Part shown: one piece after another, positions 61,401 to 64,000 of the stretch
Layout of the letters: each line of letters begins with the position of its first letter
Position numbering within the stretch: position 1 is the first letter of the stretch
From: Phoronis australis
Lineage: Eukaryota; Animalia; Phoronida
Length of the DNA: 64,000 nt
Assembly: GCA_002633005.1 (NCBI GenBank)
Contig: NMRA01000179.1
Span: forward strand, 217,954-281,953
Direction: 5' to 3'
The notes under the pieces: model-generated
Database searches by the model: none
Told to the model about the DNA's origin: nothing
What the model saw: only the letters and a program-made list of their open reading frames with translations
Position numbers and translations under genes: made by a program

Positions 61401-64000
61401 AGGGAGAATCCCGATTGCTTGTAAAGTCTGGCACCTTGAATTGACGCACATCTGCATGAATAGAACATAATTTATCAAAATTGATAAAATGTACAGATCG
61501 AAACTTCTTCAGTTTAAGTGATACGAAAGTTGTTACATTGTCTGCAGATCAATACATGTACATCCACGAAAGAAGACTTTTGGAGACAAAGGACGACGCA
61601 CCTACAACGGCAGACGTACAGTGTACATGTAAACTTACATGTTTAAGAAAAGCGCCGAAAACTCTGCTTTGGAAGAAAAAAAATCCCTATGAAAGGAGCA
61701 TAACAAAACGCAACCCTTATTGTCATCACGGTCACCTGATTTACAAAACAGCAACTACAGTGTACATGTAAAACAAATGCTTCTCGTTGAAGGCTTTGTG
61801 CGTACTGTAGGAAGCGAAGCAACGCTGACTATCGATTTAAGTTCATGTGTTAATTATCTGATTGCTACTTGACACATCCTCGATCAAATGCAATTTGTTT
61901 TTAACCACACAAAAACAAGACATCTTAAAGACAACAGCAGACACGTATGGACGTATTTTGGCGGGCAAATCCTTACCACGAGCACAAGACATTAACCACG
62001 GAGCAGAATCCTTGCCACGAAACCAGAATCATTTGCAACTCTACACAAAACTTATAACAAGCACTGTAAGAAGAGTTCATCCAGATATAATCTTGTGGTG
62101 TGTGCGTCTGGCTCATTGCGCGTGGTAAAAGCGTTCTTTTGGTGCAGTTTAGGTATTTGGGAAGTTGGGTGACTTCTTCTTCAGTGTTCAGTTTTTGCGG
62201 CCCGTGACAAGTTATTGATTACGATCTTTGTACGAAAGACCATTTTGGCAGCACCCACGTTTTCGTCAGCGAGTATGCTACATTACAATGTCCGCTGACA
62301 TCGCTTATCTTAGCACGAAGCATATTTTATCTTAAGTGTCACATTAAAAATGCTATATTACACAAAAACTATACAGTTTCCATCGACAATTTTCTTTTGG
62401 TTTAGGGGCGCAGGGAGTCTGATACGTCCTAGCAGCAGCGCTTTTACACGAGAGAATGACGTGACACAGACACAGTTATCGTCTTATTACGTGAAACTCA
62501 CAAAGTACGTGTTTTTGCCTTCGATAGCGATTGCCTGGGCGCTCAAGGGTCACCTTACACGAACGTGCATATCAACAAAAACAACTCCATTGTTGGCGCT
62601 AAACGTACCTTGCCTGTGCCACAGTGGCTACCGTCTGCAACTAGACCTGGATTGCGGGTTCCATCAACCGTTTCAATCTCAGCTCTGTTACATTGAGGAC
62701 TACAAAGCAAAAGGGTACACAAAATTAATTAAAACTTTATCGTAGGTGTTTAAAGTTTGCCAGAGACGTGCCAATGCATTACAGAACACGTAACTTACTA
62801 AATTCAGACGGTCAGCAAATTTCTGTTGCATGTGTATTTCGTAGTTTAATGCAAGTTCAACTCAATTTTTGTAAAAGCACAAAGATAAACTGGTGAAGTC
62901 AGTGTGTGTATTTGCATGTCAGTTATTCGAGTTTCGGTACGATGAAGCTTTACACGACGATATTTACCTGTAAATTGGAAGAGCGTACTTGTATGGGCGA
63001 GGATAGATGAGAATATTCTCGTCGCTTTTGCAGTGCAAGAGACCACAGAGACTGTCCCTTAACAGACAAAATGTGCTATAAGTTTGTGTATACGCAAAAT
63101 ATGTTCACACATTGCACAAATTCCAGTGATCCTTACTATACAACCAGTTACTGATGTATTATGCACTAAAGTGAACACTGTAGCTCTCATGCTTTACAAT
63201 GTCATCTTGTTTTCAATTCTAGAAAGATTAATAGAAATCAGTGGCCTCCAGAATTGTACTTTTAAGTTGGGAAGGTAAATGTACACTGTACACATGGCAA
63301 CGTGGCTTAGACACTTAAGTCAGTGTGCGGCATTTGACAAACCACATCCATTGTACAGGGGCCCTATGACGTGGGAGCAGTGTCTAATATAATCAATTAC
63401 TGTTGTTTTGTCAGCTTTTCGCATATTGTCCTACTTAGGGCTCCCCGTCGGAGGGACGATAACTGTCATTTTCCGCCTATAAATCCGCCACTGATCATGC
63501 AGTCATGTTACTAGGTAGTGTTAGCTCTCTGAGCAAAAATTAGGAAAGGAACAAAAATATTTGATTATATCACGGACCCTCTCCAAAAACGTCCTCCTAG
63601 AAATGAAAGGAAGCACAATAAATTAGTAAAAGAGCAACTGAAGTGGCTGCCTTCAAGAGGTAAACCATTGATATGAAGTATAAAAGGAGTATTGTAATTA
63701 CAAAAAACAAAAAAGTGAGCATCTGGGTTCCATCACCAGACTTTTCCTCGAAATGAATTGTCCACTTAGAATTGAAACTGAAAATCTGAATAAGTTTGCC
63801 CCAGAAAACAGCTCATGTTAAATGTTCTCAAGTTTTCTAAAGTAAGGTGAAATGCCCAACTTCAGGTGAGTGACCACGAAGACAATACATGATGAAATTT
63901 TAATGAACAGGGCCTTCAAAGGAATGAGCGGGTCCCCACGGAGAGTTAATGTAGGACCGATCACGTACACCCCCTCTTGTACGTCGCAGGAATACTCCTC

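Noticed and set aside
59300-64000. Short ORFs in the right end of the window
   Set aside because: No recognisable domains and no phase-consistent exon chain. Treated as non-coding or decayed repeats.

Overview
AT-rich animal (bilaterian marine-invertebrate-like) genomic scaffold with spliced genes, three N-gaps and many transposon remnants. It is not prokaryotic, and most of the six-frame ORF track is noise. Three genes can be built by hand from GT-AG boundaries. (1) The first coding exon of a salt-inducible kinase (SIK1/2 type, minus strand, 2045-2170; the rest lies left of the window), with two perfect CRE palindromes just upstream. (2) A complete 8-exon RSPH1 radial spoke head MORN-repeat gene (minus, 10083-19642, 326 aa) with an RFX X-box in its promoter. 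(3) A complete 7-coding-exon gene (plus, 37913-47720, 701 aa) for a ZU5-ZU5-(UPA-like)-death domain protein of DTHD1/PIDD/ankyrin-type architecture. Intergenic and intronic DNA holds hAT-like MITEs with 5-6 bp TSDs, an RTE-X-like LINE 3' end, three decayed THAP remnants (two are internally deleted Kolobok-like elements that keep convergent THAP and KolX N-termini), a Helentron/HINE-like element with an array of CTCF-like motifs, and minisatellites. Three apparent tandem duplications are probably assembly artefacts. No rRNA, tRNA or CRISPR array was recognised. All homology calls come from recalled family motifs, not from database searches.
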